A DNA stretch of 63,881 nt, filler included, from Octopus bimaculoides (GCF_001194135.2; 5 parts of 5 records of this genome joined end to end with filler, not necessarily neighbours in it); one strand, 5' to 3'; shown: positions 38,219-51,995, numbered from the whole stretch's first letter. Notes: generated by a model not told the origin, from the sequence alone. Translations and numbers: made by a program.

Positions 38219-38520
38219 TAATAATAAGGGTAGAAATTGATATTAGTCAATTAAAAGCAGTGGTCCAGCATATTAAAAATATTAAAAAAATCTGAAGATT
38301 AAAATTATATTACATGTCGTCTCGCTGAAATTTTACTGAGAACATATTCTTCGTGGTTAGATGATTCGGCATCTATTTCTAGCATATAGGAGTCCACTTT
38401 TGCTGGTCATTCCTCTTATTTGTGTATATATATAAATGAGTGCTGGTGCAGAGAATGGTATGGCTGTCAAAGTTAGCTCCTCTAACGAACTCGGTTATCA
38501 TTGAATATATAAAGAATTAT
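38215..38520. mobile_element. Non-coding Penelope-type module with an internal inversion relative to 11430-11635
   Basis: 38215-38315 matches 11430-11535 in the same orientation; 38316-38430 matches 11535-11635 in reverse complement. Confidence 0.6.
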
Positions 38521-40025
38521 AAGAGATTTCATGTAGAACGTCCCAAGAATTGAAAATCATGAAGATCCAATCGACCATGATGTTTTTACGTGGAGTGTAT
38601 AAAAGGGGAAAACTGGGAAAGATGACAGGTGCACATATATTTATTTCACTGCATTATTCCATACGATTACGGCCGTTTCAGATATTCTACATATATTATT
38701 AATGTCTGTGTCAAGGAAATGATGAGCAAGTGAAGGCATTAATGTGGAAGTGATGCCGTTAGTTCTAAAATACAGCTATATATTCAGAAATTATTGCAAC
38801 TGAAGAAGTGTGTATCAATGGCCCTTCCGGATCATCACGGTTACACCAGCAAATGGATGTCTGTGTGTATATTATAGACACGATCCTGGCTATGTAATAA
38901 GAAGTCTTCTTCCCAACAATGCGGTTCTCAGTTCAATCCCAATTCATGACAGTTTGGACAAGTGTCTTCTGCTAGAGCAGAGAGTTGATGAAAGCCTTAG
39001 ACACAGAAACAAGCGCGCTGAAGGTTCGGATCATTTTGCCAACTTCCCACACATACATTGGGGCTATTGACCAGAGGCTGTACACCTTGGAGATCTGCTG
39101 CGGATGGTGGGTACGGTCCGATTCGAGAGCTGCGAATCATNNNNNNNNNNNNNNNNNNNNNNNNNNNNNNNNNNNNNNNNNNNNNNNNNNNNNNNNNNNN
39201 NNNNNNNNNNNNNNNNNNNNNNNNNNNNNNNNNNNNNNNNNNNNNNNNNNNNNNNNNNNNNNNNNNNNNNNNNNNNNNNNNNNNNNNNNNNNNNNNNNNN
39301 NNNNNNNNNNNNNNNNNNNNNNNNNNNNNNNNNNNNNNNNNNNNNNNNNNNNNNNNNNNNNNNNNNNNNNNNNNNNNNNNNNNNNNNNNNNNNNNNNNNN
39401 NNNNNNNNNNNNNNNNNNNNNNNNNNNNNNNNNNNNNNNNNNNNNNNNNNNNNNNNNNNNNNNNNNNNNNNNNNNNNNNNNNNNNNNNNNNNNNNNNNNN
39501 NNNNNNNNNNNNNNNNNNNNNNNNNNNNNNNNNNNNNNNNNNNNNNNNNNNNNNNNNNNNNNNNNNNNNNNNNNNNNNNNNNNNNNNNNNNNNNNNNNNN
39601 NNNNNNNNNNNNNNNNNNNNNNNNNNNNNNNNNNNNNNNNNNNNNNNNNNNNNNNNNNNNNNNNNNNNNNNNNNNNNNNNNNNNNNNNNNNNNNNNNNNN
39701 NNNNNNNNNNNNNNNNNNNNNNNNNNNNNNNNNNNNNNNNNNNNNNNNNNNNNNNNNNNNNNNNNNNCATAATGTAGAAGAAATAATACAACAAAAATTC
39801 CATTTACCTGTCTTGTTTATTCAACAAATCTGCAAATAGTATAATAATACATCCATAATCCTGAATTTAATGTGTGTTTTGATTTACATACAACAGTGAT
39901 AAAGTTATAATATAGATGTATATACAGATAGCATAATAATACCATATTGATAGTAATAATGAATAAGCGGATATGCTTTAGGAGGAAAGAACTGCTTGGA
40001 TTTACCCTAAAAACCTCTTTATATG

Positions 40026-40065
<40 letters not shown>

Positions 40066-40279
40066 CAAATGATATATTAATAATACAATATAGGACGCGT
40101 TGGGATTGGACAAAATATTTGGAATCGTAGAAATTTAATATTTTAATGGACCATTATATTGCGAATATCCATCTAAACTTCATTGTGGGTGCTGTTTTTG
40201 GTATCGTACATGGTCTCATTTTCTAATTTAATGATTATTTCTATCTCTTTTCCAGATCGTAGTATAAATTCAGCTAAGA

Positions 40280-40530
40280 TGCCTGACCTCACTCAGTTCG
40301 AAACAGAGCAAGCTTGAATGGCAGGAACTTCTCTCATCAGAACAGCTGAATTCCTTGGTTTTTCGAGGGCTACCATATCAAGAACCATGACTGAATTTGA
40401 GAAGCAGGGAAAACATCCAGCAGTAGGAGTAAGTCCAGCAGGACTTCGAAACTCACAGAAAGAGACCGACTCACAGAAAGTGTTGAATCGCATTGTGATG
40501 ATAAAAATCACCGGGCAACCGCCCCTAAAG
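40280..40530 (+). mobile_element. Tc1-like transposase N-terminal relic
   Basis: MPDLTQFE....MAGTSLIRTAEFLGFSRATISRTMTEFEKQGK; after a frameshift KLTERD..VLNRIV..NHRAT. Fits the Tc1 paired-like HTH. Confidence 0.8.
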
Positions 40531-41639
40531 AGATACATATTTAAAAAAAAAAAATAAAAAACAGAAAATGAGGATAATATTGATGAACAATAATTGATTT
40601 GCAGCCATTATTTCTTATTAGTAATTTACAAAAAGACTGTATCCCATCTAACGGCTGTTTCTGCTAGCAATGTTCTTTGGAATTACTATTATGATGCTAA
40701 GATAATAATTATTATAGTTGGTAATAAAACCGATTTAAATCATGGAGCTTCGTCAGAGTGCAAAATAAATAAGTAAAAAGAAGAGATAATAAAAAAGAAG
40801 GAAACGTTGTATATGGTGGGAGTCATGTCATGTCACGTGTAGAGCCATTGGACGATAAGTAAATGACCAAAATATAAAATACGTATATTTGTTGGGATAT
40901 TCCCTATGTACGGAGGGGACATAGGTTAGAAAAATTATAGCTATTTACACATATATATTGATATATATATATATATATATGTGTGTGTCAGTGTCTGTGT
41001 GTCTTTATCATTGTGATGTCCTCCAAAACCGCATCATAACCAGTGTCGGTGCTTTTACGACCCCAAAAATTAGAGCTTCGTCAAAAGCGACCGATAGAAT
41101 AAGTAAAAGATTTCGATTAAAATTCTTCAAAGTAGTGTCCTAGCATGACCGCAGTATGATGACTGGAAATCTTAAAGCATATAAACAAAGTATATATATG
41201 TGTGTGTGTGTGTGTGTATGAATATGCATAGAATGCTTTGTGAATATATGGAAGAGATAGTTTTGCAGGAGAACGTGCAGGTAATTAATTAAACTCTTAA
41301 AAGGATTCGCTCTCAGTGTGAACAGGAAAATGGAAAAGTGTGACATACTAAATACATTGCCTTCCCGTACGAAGTTCATGACGTTTGACGCAGAATTTAT
41401 ACAAGAACACAGGCTTACATACACACACAGATACCAACAAATATATACACATGCATAAAACATATATATTCTCGGTAATATACAAAAATGCACACACAGA
41501 CTTCAAAGTTTCTAAGCATGTGGCAACTTTGTTCGACTCTGCATACTTTTTGTATATATACATGTGTGTGTATATAATATATACATGTACGTAAATATGT
41601 GTTTCTATATATGAGTTTATGTGTACATGTATGTGTGTG

Positions 41640-41795
41640 TTGAGCTACTAAATTCTACACGGTTTTCCTCCTTCCGTTTTTTTCATTCTCTCTCCTCCTT
41701 TTTCCGTTTAACCCTTTCTCTAAAAGAACAAACTACTACACGGGATTGTTTTCCTACACCTGTCTTCGTCTTTTATTTTCTGTAAATTAGAACTA
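41640..41795 (+). mobile_element. Third copy of the 8.3-kb repeat family, hammerhead segment deleted
   Basis: TTGAGCTACTAAATTCTAC... and CTACACCTGTCTTCGTCTTTT.TTTTCTGTAAATT match 8228-8410. Confidence 0.6.
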
Positions 41796-41955
41796 GGCGA
41801 AGACGTGGCTGTGTGGTAAGATTTCTTCCCAACGATATGATTCCAGGTTCAGTCCCACTGTTTGTCACCTTGAGCATGTGTCTTCTACTATAACCTCGTA
41901 TCGACCAAAGACTTGTAAGACCGAAACTGAAAGAATCCCTTCGAGTATATATGTA

Positions 41956-41990
<35 letters not shown>

Positions 41991-42110
41991 GTGTGTGATC
42001 TTTTGTGTCTGTGTTTGTCCCCCTACCATCACTTGACAACCGATGTGGCTGTGTTTGTGACCGAAAGACACCGATAGAATAAGTACTATTCTGAAATTAA
42101 AAGAAATAAT
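41796..42110 (+). mobile_element. SINE family A (another decayed 3' part lies at 41000-41170)
   Basis: GTGGCTGTGTGGTAAG...GGTTCAGTCCCACTG...GAAACTGAAAGAA...TTGACAACCGATG...ACCGATAGAATAAGTAC. Confidence 0.85.
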
Positions 42111-44399
42111 TTTAATGTTATAACCGTAAGGTGGGCTATGATTTGTCGAGGAATGTCATATGGTGTAGTGGTTCGATGGGGTATAACCATATATCTGTGA
42201 TGACAGTTAGTTGGAAAACACCACAAGGTGAACAGGAAATTGACCATGTCGTGGACATATGTATGTGGGTGTGTGTGTACATATATATAAATATATATAT
42301 AATATGTCTACTTATATAAATTTATATATATGTTTGCATATTCGTTTATGTGAAGATACACACATATTTATGTACATATATATATATCCATTTCAATACG
42401 TATATCTATATCTATTTCCATACGAACACACGCACACGACGACCACCACCACCACCACCACACATATGTTCACAATTGCCTTTACCACGTAGAAGGACAT
42501 TAAGTAGCGAAGTATGGATTTCACAGCGATTCTCCAAAATGAATATTAATGTGAACGGATAAATATCACCGGTCAGTAACATTATACGAAAATAGGGGTG
42601 TGGAGCTGTGTGTGTACTAAAACGATATCCTGACAGAGAGATATGCCCATATTCCAAAGGATATCACTGTCCAATGAAAAATAAATAGCTGGTCATATGT
42701 GTATAATTCTTCATAATATAAATGGACGAGTATACATGTCTGTCTATCGGTCTACCCGTTTCGTTATATAGCTATTTTTCCTGCTATATATCTCTATACT
42801 TATGAGTATTCCCCCTATCTCTCTCTCTCTGTATGTATGTATGTATGTATATATATATATATATATATATATNNNNNNNNNNNNNNNNNNNNNNNNNNNN
42901 NNNNNNNNNNNNNNNNNNNNNNNNNNNNNNNNNNNNNNNNNNNNNNNNNNNNNNNNNNNNNNNNNNNNNNNNNNNNNNNNNNNNNNNNNNNNNNNNNNNN
43001 NNNNNNNNNNNNNNNNNNNNNNNNNNNNNNNNNNNNNNNNNNNNNNNNNNNNNNNNNNNNNNNNNNNNNNNNNNNNNNNNNNNNNNNNNNNNNNNNNNNN
43101 NNNNNNNNNNNNNNNNNNNNNNNNNNNNNNNNNNNNNNNNNNNNNNNNNNNNNNNNNNNNNNNNNNNNNNNNNNNNNNNNNNNNNNNNNNNNNNNNNNNN
43201 NNNNNNNNNNNNNNNNNNNNNNNNNNNNNNNNNNNNNNNNNNNNNNNNNNNNNNNNNNNNNNNNNNNNNNNNNNNNNNNNNNNNNNNNNNNNNNNNNNNN
43301 NNNNNNNNNNNNNNNNNNNNNNNNNNNNNNNNNNNNNNNNNNNNNNNNNNNNNNNNNNNNNNNNNNNNNNNNNNNNNNNNNNNNNNNNNNNNNNNNNNNN
43401 NNNNNNNNNNNNNNNNNNNNNNNNNNNNNNNNNNNNNNNNNNNNNNNNNNNNNNNNNNNNNNNNNNNNNNNNNNNNNNNNNNNNNNNNNNNNNNNNNNNN
43501 NNNNNNNNNNNNNNNNNNNNNNNNNNNNNNNNNNNNNNNNNNNNNNNNNNNNNNNNNNNNNNNNNNNNNNNNNNNNNNNNNNNNNNNNNNNNNNNNNNNN
43601 NNNNNNNNNNNNNNNNNNNNNNNNNNNNNNNNNNNNNNNNNNNNNNNNNNNNNNNNNNNNNNNNNNNNNNNNNNNNNNNNNNNNNNNNNNNNNNNNNNNN
43701 NNNNNNNNNNNNNNNNNNNNNNNNNNNNNNNNNNNNNNNNNNNNNNNNNNNNNNNNNNNNNNNNNNNNNNNNNNNNNNNNNNNNNNNNNNNNNTATATAT
43801 ATATATATATTATATATATATGATGCGCTTCTTTCTGTTTCTGCCTACCAACTGAGCTCACTACGTAGGTCTGAGATTATAGTATTCCGAGACTACACTT
43901 ACTCAATGCGCCACACAATGCAGTTGAACCCAGAATCAATGTTCGTTGTTGGAAAGCAACCATCTTGTCACATACACACAAACGCCAACACCTATACCCT
44001 GTACATGTGTGTGTGTCCATACATATATGCACACATGTTTGTATATATTCTCAATATATTTTTACAATCAACTGTCCTCATACGTAAACACGCAGATATC
44101 TACATTCACACACACACACCAATCGTCATTCATAAAGAAAACTGCAAAATCTGGCTTTCAAGCTTAATCTGAATATTTTAACGTTTACGCTTTGTGCAAA
44201 CAATGCAGGAAAAACTTAAGGAGTAAATCCATAATTTCGATTGTTTATTGCATCTCGTAGTGATGTTATACGCTAGCTTACACTAGTAATTGGTTCAGAG
44301 CTTTATCGTTCACCAATTCTCATAATCTCGACTGCCGTTGAAGAGTCTAAGAAAGGATAAGCGTGGAATGTCTAACAAATGCATCGTTTAAGTTGCAAC

Positions 44400-45677
44400 A
44401 GCTGAATATTGAGAAATGGATAGGATTTGGGAGAGGAGATGAAAGAGAGGGAGAAAGTGCTGAATCTGGAAAGAGACAGACATGAGGAGAGAGAGATGTT
44501 GGGTGAGAGGCTTAGGAATGTGAAAGAGAAATATTGGAAATAAAAACGAGAGATAGGGGGAGAAAGAGAAAAAAACGTGGGGAAGAAAGTGAGAACGATA
44601 GTGCGAAATCTAGAAAGAGACAGGGGTAAGTAAAGACAAATACTGAGAGAAAGAGAGAGATCAAGAAGAGAGAGAGAGAGAGAGATCAAGGAAAAAGAGA
44701 GTACCAAACTTGGAACAAAATCGAGAGAGAGGGAAGTGAGAGAGAGAGAGGGAAGTGAGAGAGAGGGGGAAGTGAGAGAGAGGGGGAAGTGTGAGAGAGG
44801 GAGGGAAGTGAGAGAGGGAGGGAAGTGAGAGAGGGAGGGAAGTGAGAGAGGGGGGGANNNNNNNNNNNNNNNNNNNNNNNNNNNNNNNNNNNNNNNNNNN
44901 NNNNNNNNNNNNNNNNNNNNNNNNNNNNNNNNNNNNNNNNNNNNNNNNNNNNNNNNNNNNNNNNNNNNNNNNNNNNNNNNNNNNNNNNNNNNNNNNNNNN
45001 NNNNNNNNNNNNNNNNNNNNAAGAAGTTTTAATCTAGAGATATAGATAAGTAGTGATAACGATTGAGAGAGAGAGAGAGAGAGACCAAGAAAAGTGATAG
45101 AGAGAGGCAACCACGAAAGGGAGAGTCGAATGAGAGACAGAGAGAGGAGTGAGAGAAGAGAATGAGAGAAAGAGAGTATTAGATCTAGACTGAAAATGAA
45201 ACGAGAAGAGAGAAATATTGAGAGACAAAGACAAGGGAGACAGAGAGAGGGAGTGAAGAGAGAGAGAGGGGGAGAGTAGTAAATGTAGAAAGAGATAAAG
45301 GTAAGCAGAGGTGAAGAGCGAGAACAAGCGAGTGAGTGATGGAGAGAGTGAGAGAGAGACAGAGAGAGGATAGAGAGAGAAAAGAGATAGAGAGAGAGCC
45401 AGAATAATTTCAAACAGGTGTGTGATGTAGGTAGACAGATACACAGAATAAGAGAGAATGAATAGAAAAGAGACTGAAAGAGAGAGAGAGAGAGAGAGAG
45501 AGTGCTAAATGTAGAAAAAGGTAGAAGCAGGTAGAGGTAAAGAGAGGGAGAGAGAGAGATGGAATGAGCGAAAAAACTTTCAAGCTGGAATGTGATAGAG
45601 TAAGACATATAAAGACTAAGAAGGAGTGAGTAGGAAAAAGAGAAAGAATACTAGATAGAGAAAGATTCAAAATAAGG

Positions 45678-45712
<35 letters not shown>

Positions 45713-46250
45713 AACAGAGACAGCGTGAAAAAGACAGAAAGGAAGAGAGGTATGTGATAGGGATAGACAGATACAAAGAATGAATGAGAATTAGGGAGAA
45801 AGACAGAAGGAGAGAATGCATTGCATCTAGAAAGAGATAGAGAAGAAAGAGCGATATATATATATATATATATACAGAGAGAGAGAGAGAGGGAGAGAAC
45901 GAAAAAGATGTGATAAGGACGGACATACACAAAGAATAAAAGAGAATGAGAGGATAAGTGAGAGAAAGAGTATGGTATTGTATTGAGAAATAGATAGATG
46001 TCGGCGGCGATACAGAGAGAGCGAGAGCCAAAAAGTGCCAGAGAGAGAGAGCGAATATTTTAAGCTGTTATGTGATAAACGTACCAGAGAGAAAAAGGAA
46101 GAGTGGAAAAAGATTGTATTACATTTTAAGAGATATTGGTAGAAGCATAGGCAATGAGTGAGAATATGCGAGAAAAGGGACGGACGTATGCGAGTAAGGA
46201 AAAGCGGCTGCCTGCATATGTACGGTGGCTTATGTAAATTTTAATGGCCA
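44400..46250 (+). repeat. ~1.8-kb polypurine tract with a ~17-bp minisatellite (44720-44857) and a degenerate ~160-bp periodicity (45400-46130)
   Basis: GGGAAGTGAGAGA units. TGTGAT anchors at 45421, 45591, 45753, 45909 and 46071. Confidence 0.85.
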
Positions 46251-46759
46251 CAGGATTTAGTGCTGTATGAGAAATATTAATGGATCATGGGCGCACGCGT
46301 GTGCGGAGATATGTGGTCGTATGTGTATGAATATCTGCAGGTGTGAATGTGTACGTTTTTTTTATGCCTGTAGATGTGAAGGGGTTGTGTGTGTGTGTTG
46401 GATTTTATCACTGCATTACGACGTTCATGAGTATTTAAACGTGTGCGGTTTGTATATGAATGTGAAGTGTGTGTGTTTGTATATATATATATATATTTAT
46501 ATATACACACAAACATACAGACATATGTACACGTAAATATATGATATATATATATATATACACAGGTAACTCCCAAACAAAGTGTTGAGCGCCTTTCTTT
46601 CGTTTGTCCACTCGGACATATATATATGTATCTTTATATATATCCATATACATATACATACATATATGTATATCTTTTCACATATCTGTATATATTTCTA
46701 CATATATATACTGTATGTATATATTTATACATATATTTATACATATACATGCAAACCGC

Positions 46760-47086
46760 AGACCCAAGCCCTTCTGAAGTTCTTCCCACAATACGTGGGA
46801 AGAAACCATATTTCATCGCACTCTAAGGACTCACTCGCACAATAGCGAGCTTCTTCAGGGGTGTCAAAAAGCAACCACACCGTCGAATATTTGGCACACC
46901 TGGAAAAAAATTTTTTAGTTGGCACACACTTCGCCAACTCTCAATTAAATTCTTTTCGAAGTGGGTGATGGTGTCGAGCGACTTGGAATTAGTCCTCAAC
47001 ACTACCGTCCTCTTTTCGAAGTCTTCCAATCACTGTTTGGGTGGGACAATTTCCCACGCCAAAACATTGTCCTCGTTCTTTACCAT
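46760..47086 (-). pseudogene. Probable LINE ORF1 (RRM-like) N-terminal relic
   Basis: Stop- and frameshift-broken reading MVKNEDNVLAWEIVPPKQ*LEDFEKRTVVLRT...KYSTVWLLFDTPEEARYCASESLECDEIWFLPTYCGK. The V.LLF.T.EEA pattern resembles LINE ORF1 RRMs (pattern recall only). Confidence 0.45.
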
Positions 47087-47242
47087 ATTTTTTTTAAAAT
47101 AAAAAATCCAAACATTTCAGAAGGAAATCAAAAGAAAGTTTCAAGAAAATGGAAGGAAGAAAGAACGAAAACAGTTTAATAAGGAAAGTCACAAAAAGAT
47201 AGAAGAAAAGAAAACAGTGCAAAAAAAAAAAAAAAAAAAAAA

Positions 47243-47342
47243 NNNNNNNNNNNNNNNNNNNNNNNNNNNNNNNNNNNNNNNNNNNNTTAATTAATTAANN
47301 NNNNNNNNNNNNNNNNNNNNNNNNNNNNNNNNNNNNNNNNNN
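47243..47342. other. Artificial 100-bp join spacer
   Basis: 44N-TTAATTAATTAA-44N. Confidence 0.95.
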
Positions 47343-47394
<52 letters not shown>

Positions 47395-47399
47395 CACCT

Positions 47400-47512
47400 A
47401 CTCATCTATTCACCGGACTGGCATCATTGGAAAGCTGAAACGATGCAAAGCGCATTGTGACTAGCGATGTATAACAACCTCCGTTAGTCTTGTTGATTTC
47501 GATTACGTGATA
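47400..47512 (+). mobile_element. SINE family D body fragment
   Basis: Matches the reverse complement of 17575-17655. Confidence 0.65.
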
Positions 47513-48391
47513 TGTACATATAGATACATAAAGAAATATGTACACATACCTATGTGTATTTGCGTGTGTATGTGTGCATGAGTCCGCGTGTGTATGCGTG
47601 TGTGTGCGTGTGTGTGCGTGCCTATGCGTGAGTGTATGTGTGTGTGTGTTTAATTATGAATGATTATAGAGATGCAGTTTTTACTATTATAATATAAGGA
47701 AGATATAACACTTCAGAGAACCAAATCTTTATTTGATATGTTTCCCATTTCCAGTTTAAATAATTCAACTTGAAGTTTTTTTTTNNNNNNNNNNNNNNNN
47801 NNNNNNNNNNNNNNNNNNNNNNNNNNNNNNNNNNNNNNNNNNNNNNNNNNNNNNNNNNNNNNNNNNNNNNNNNNNNNNNNNNNNNNNNNNNNNNNNNNNN
47901 NNNNNNNNNNNNNNNNNNNNNNNNNNNNNNNNNNNNNNNNNNNNNNNNNNNNNNNNNNNNNNNNNNNNNNNNNNNNNNNNNNNNNNNNNNNNNNNNNNNN
48001 NNNNNNNNNNNNNNNNNNNNNNNNNNNNNNNNNNNNNNNNNNNNNNNNNNNNNNNNNNNNNNNNNNNNNNNNNNNNNNNNNNNNNNNNNNNNNNNNNNNN
48101 NNNNNNNNNNNNNNNNNNNNNNNNNNNNNNNNNNNNNNNNNNNNNNNNNNNNNNNNNNNNNNNNNNNNNNNNNNNNNNNNNNNNNNNNNNNNNNNNNNNN
48201 NNNNNNNNNNNNNNNNNNNNNNNNNNNNNNNNNNNNNNNNNNNNNNNNNNNNNNNNNNNNNNNNNNNNNNNNNNNNNNNNNNNNNNNNNNNNNNNNNNNN
48301 NNNNNNNNNNNNNNNNNNNNNNNNNNNNNNNNNNNNNNNNNNNNNNNNNNNNNNNNNNNNNNNNNNNNNNNNNNNNNNNNNNNNNNNNNNN

Positions 48392-48428
<37 letters not shown>

Positions 48429-48648
48429 CGTGTGAAAGAGGAAGAGAGAAAGTCAGAGAAACAAAAGAGAAAGAGACAGGAGTGAGAGAAAGGAAAGAGA
48501 GAGACAGACAAAGAGACAGAGAGACAGAGAGACAGATACAGACAGAGAGACAGAGAGACAGAGAGACAGAGAGACAGAGAGAGAGAGAGAATGAAAAAGT
48601 AAGAGAGAAAGTCAGAGAAACAAGAGAGAGAGAGAGGAGTGACAGAAA

Positions 48649-48700
<52 letters not shown>

Positions 48701-49299
48701 AGCTGGAAATATATATAATTATTCACTGTTTTAATGGGTACTAAAAATATAGACAATCGTGATGATGATGTTAGTCATGATGCCGACGACGATGGTGATG
48801 GTGATGGTGGTTTTTTTGATGAAGAAGATGATTATGATGAAGTTGATAATCATCATCGTCGTCATCATCACCACGAACATAATATAATTATACCCTTCAT
48901 CATCTTAATCATGACCATTGTTATCTTCTTTGCAACAGATGAATTGATAATTCTGTAGCAACAACAACTGTAACGGCGGTTAAATAGCAACAAGATAGCA
49001 ATGTCAATAACGTATTTCTAAATTAGGATGAAGAGAGGTAAAAAGATACTTCAACGAGTTCATTGTTATTTAAAAAATTAAAAGAATCATTAAGATATAG
49101 AAAATATTCTGCTACGTCAGAAACACGACCAGTGAAAGCAATATGTCTACGTATATGAAAATTGCGTATAAAAATGTATAATAAATCACTAAAAGATTTT
49201 AACTAGTAAAATTTTTAATTGTGCTTCATATAGAAATGGTTCTATTATTTCGGATCATTTTTGACATCCTACAAAATCACTGAAGAAACCAACCAGAGA

Positions 49300-49805
49300 T
49301 TTCATTGACTTCGTGCATTCAGGACAGCGGATCCGTTTGAAGAAGAAGAAACGTCCTGTGAGCGATGAAAAGTGGAACGGCTATTGGGAGGTGGCTGCAG
49401 ATCTATCAGGATTTCAAGGATTCTTTACCATTCTTTACCAGTTACGAAGAAGCCGGATATTATCATATGATGAGAAAGAAAGGAAATGGTAAATCTAGTC
49501 AAGTTAACGGTTCTCCATGAGGATAACACGGACGCCGCTCGGCTCGACAGTTATGAAAATCTCCTCGAGGAATGTGAAGACGCACGGTGGAAAGCAACGC
49601 ATTTTCCAATCGAAGGTGGATGTAGAGGATTCGTTGGACACACTATGAGCNNNNNNNNNNGAAAAATAAAATATTGTGAGAAACCTAACAACCAGTTGGT
49701 CGAGCAAGCGGGGCCTCATTTCAGTGAGGTGGGGTCGTTGCGCAATGATGCCGTCGAGACGAAATCCTCGAAAATCCCCGAAAAGCTTAGTACTTATCCT
49801 GAGGG
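49300..49805 (+). mobile_element. HERO-type retrotransposon 3' fragment (RLE endonuclease + 3' UTR)
   Basis: DFVHSG...W..D...LPVTKKPDIII...VKLTVLHE...WKATHFPIEGGCRGFVG (PD..E RLE motifs). 49690-49790 aligns to the 3' UTR at 61585-61690. Confidence 0.85.
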
Positions 49806-49819
49806 TGTGATTTTCCGAT

Positions 49820-50085
49820 CCGCTGGGTTACGGGGACGTAAAGACACTAGTACCGGTTGTCAAGCAGTGATGGGAGACAAACACATACACATACTCACAC
49901 ACATACACCCATGCACACACACACATATATACATATACGGCGGGCTTCTTCCAGATTCCGTCTACCAAATTCATCCACAAAGCTTTGGTTGGCCCGGCGC
50001 TATTGCAGAAGACAGTTGCCCAAGGTTAAACGCAGTTGGACTGAATCGGGAAACAGGCTTCTTACCACACAGCCACGCCTGCGTT
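49820..50085 (-). mobile_element. SINE family A
   Basis: GTTACGGGGACGTAAA...CGGTTGTCAAGC...CGTCTACCAAATTCA...CTTACCACACAGCCACGCC. Confidence 0.85.
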
Positions 50086-50322
50086 CCACATCTTGGACAT
50101 ATTAGCTAGTTGTCTTCAATAAATCAACGATGCCTGAAAAGGTGTACCTTGTGCTACGTGTCGAGGTAATGGCACGGCAACGTGAGTTGAAGTGATGTAG
50201 AAGAAGAGCACAACGCATCGCCCGGCTCTCAAATGGAACTCACGGTCTCGCAATCAAGACTGCAGCATTGTAACCACTGGGGCACATGATTTCAGAATCA
50301 CACACAACACATGCACGCAGTC

Positions 50323-50382
<60 letters not shown>

Positions 50383-50399
50383 AGGGAGAGTGATATAGA

Positions 50400-51010
50400 A
50401 ACATAGATATGTATAGAGATAGATAGCTATAAATACACACATATATCTATATATCTGTGTAAATGTATGTATGTATGTATGTGTGTATATATATAAACAT
50501 ATATTATGATGCATTATACACACATTCAGACATGTGTAGAGATATAGAGAGATAGATATGTATATAGATAGCTATACACACACATATATATCTATATATC
50601 TGTGTAAATGTANNNNNNNNNNNNNNNNNNNNNNNNNNNNNNNNNNNNNNNNNNNNNNNNNNNNNNNNNNNNNNNNNNNNNNNNNNNNNNNNNNNNNNNN
50701 NNNNNNNNNNNNNNNNNNNNNNNNNNNNNNNNNNNNNNNNNNNNNNNNNNNNNNNNNNNNNNNNNNNNNNNNNNNNNNNNNNNNNNNNNNNNNNNNNNNN
50801 NNNNNNNNNNNNNNNNNNNNNNNNNNNNNNNNNNNNNNNNNNNNNNNNNNNNNNNNNNNNNNNNNNNNNNNNNNNNNNNNNNNNNNNNNNNNNNNNNNNN
50901 NNNNNNNNNNNNNNNNNNNNNNNNNNNNNNNNNNNNNNNNNNNNNNNNNNNNNNTCTATATATCTGTGTAAATGCCTATATGTATGTATATAAGCATACA
51001 TTATGATGCA
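50400..51010. repeat. Local ~150-bp tandem repeat spanning a gap, with a dispersed copy at 53470-53650
   Basis: ATAGCTAT..ATACACACATATAT.TCTATATATCTGTGTAAATG recurs at ~50425, 50565, 50956 and 53580. Confidence 0.8.
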
Positions 51011-51908
51011 TTACGCACACGCGTTCACCCACATACACACCACACACATACACACACATATATATACATACACACACTCACACATATATCCCTACGTGTG
51101 AATGTGTGTCGTGTGTTTGTTAAGATGAGTGTTTGCGTGTGTGTTTATGTGTGTTCGTATGTGTGTGATCCAATGAAAATGTCTTCTTTCTTTAATGTAA
51201 AAGCGTTATTGTCTGTGATATGTGGGTCGCTGGGTGGGTCGGGTCGTTTGATGTTGACTTTTCTGTTATCAGGTTATTCAGTGCGTGAAGTGGAGCCTGG
51301 GTGGGTCTTCAGTGTCTATGTGCGTGCATAAATAAGTGTATACATAGCGCATATAAGTTTCTCTATGCATGCATGTGTATTTATCTACACACTAACACAC
51401 GCACCCAGACGGATACACACATACACACATATGTGTGTCTGAGTGTGTGCAGATGTACATGAGTGTATGGGTGTGTTTTCTTGGGTTTACGCAAACGCAT
51501 ATTAAACAAAATATGAGATAAGTATTGCAGGTGCAGCTAAGAGCAACGTTAATGTGGTCCGAATTGAATGAGGGCTCCCTATGAGCTTTTCGATGTGGAG
51601 TGTTAACTTCACACGTACGCGCTTAATACTTAACGAACTAATATTTTACTACGTGTAGTTCTTTTTTTTTAACTTCCATACAAACGCTCTCAAAAAAGAA
51701 GAAAATACTGATGTTCAATTAATTACGTATAATACCAAGAACTCAGGCTCAATGTTTTTTTTCTCTGTTTGTCAATCCGCCTTTCTGTATTTGTGTCTGT
51801 TTGTTCAAATGACGAGTTGATCTCTATAAGATTGTACATGTATACACACACAACGCGCACGCACATGCGCATATACATATGTACACATACATACATACAT
51901 ATCTATCT

Positions 51909-51995
<87 letters not shown>

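Noticed and set aside
39040-39140. GC-rich, coding-looking stretch before a gap
   Set aside because: Too short (~100 bp) and no recognisable motif in any frame.
44330-44385. TTGAAGAGTCT...AGGATAAGCG...GTC, faintly hammerhead-like
   Set aside because: Both core strands are altered and stem I does not pair.
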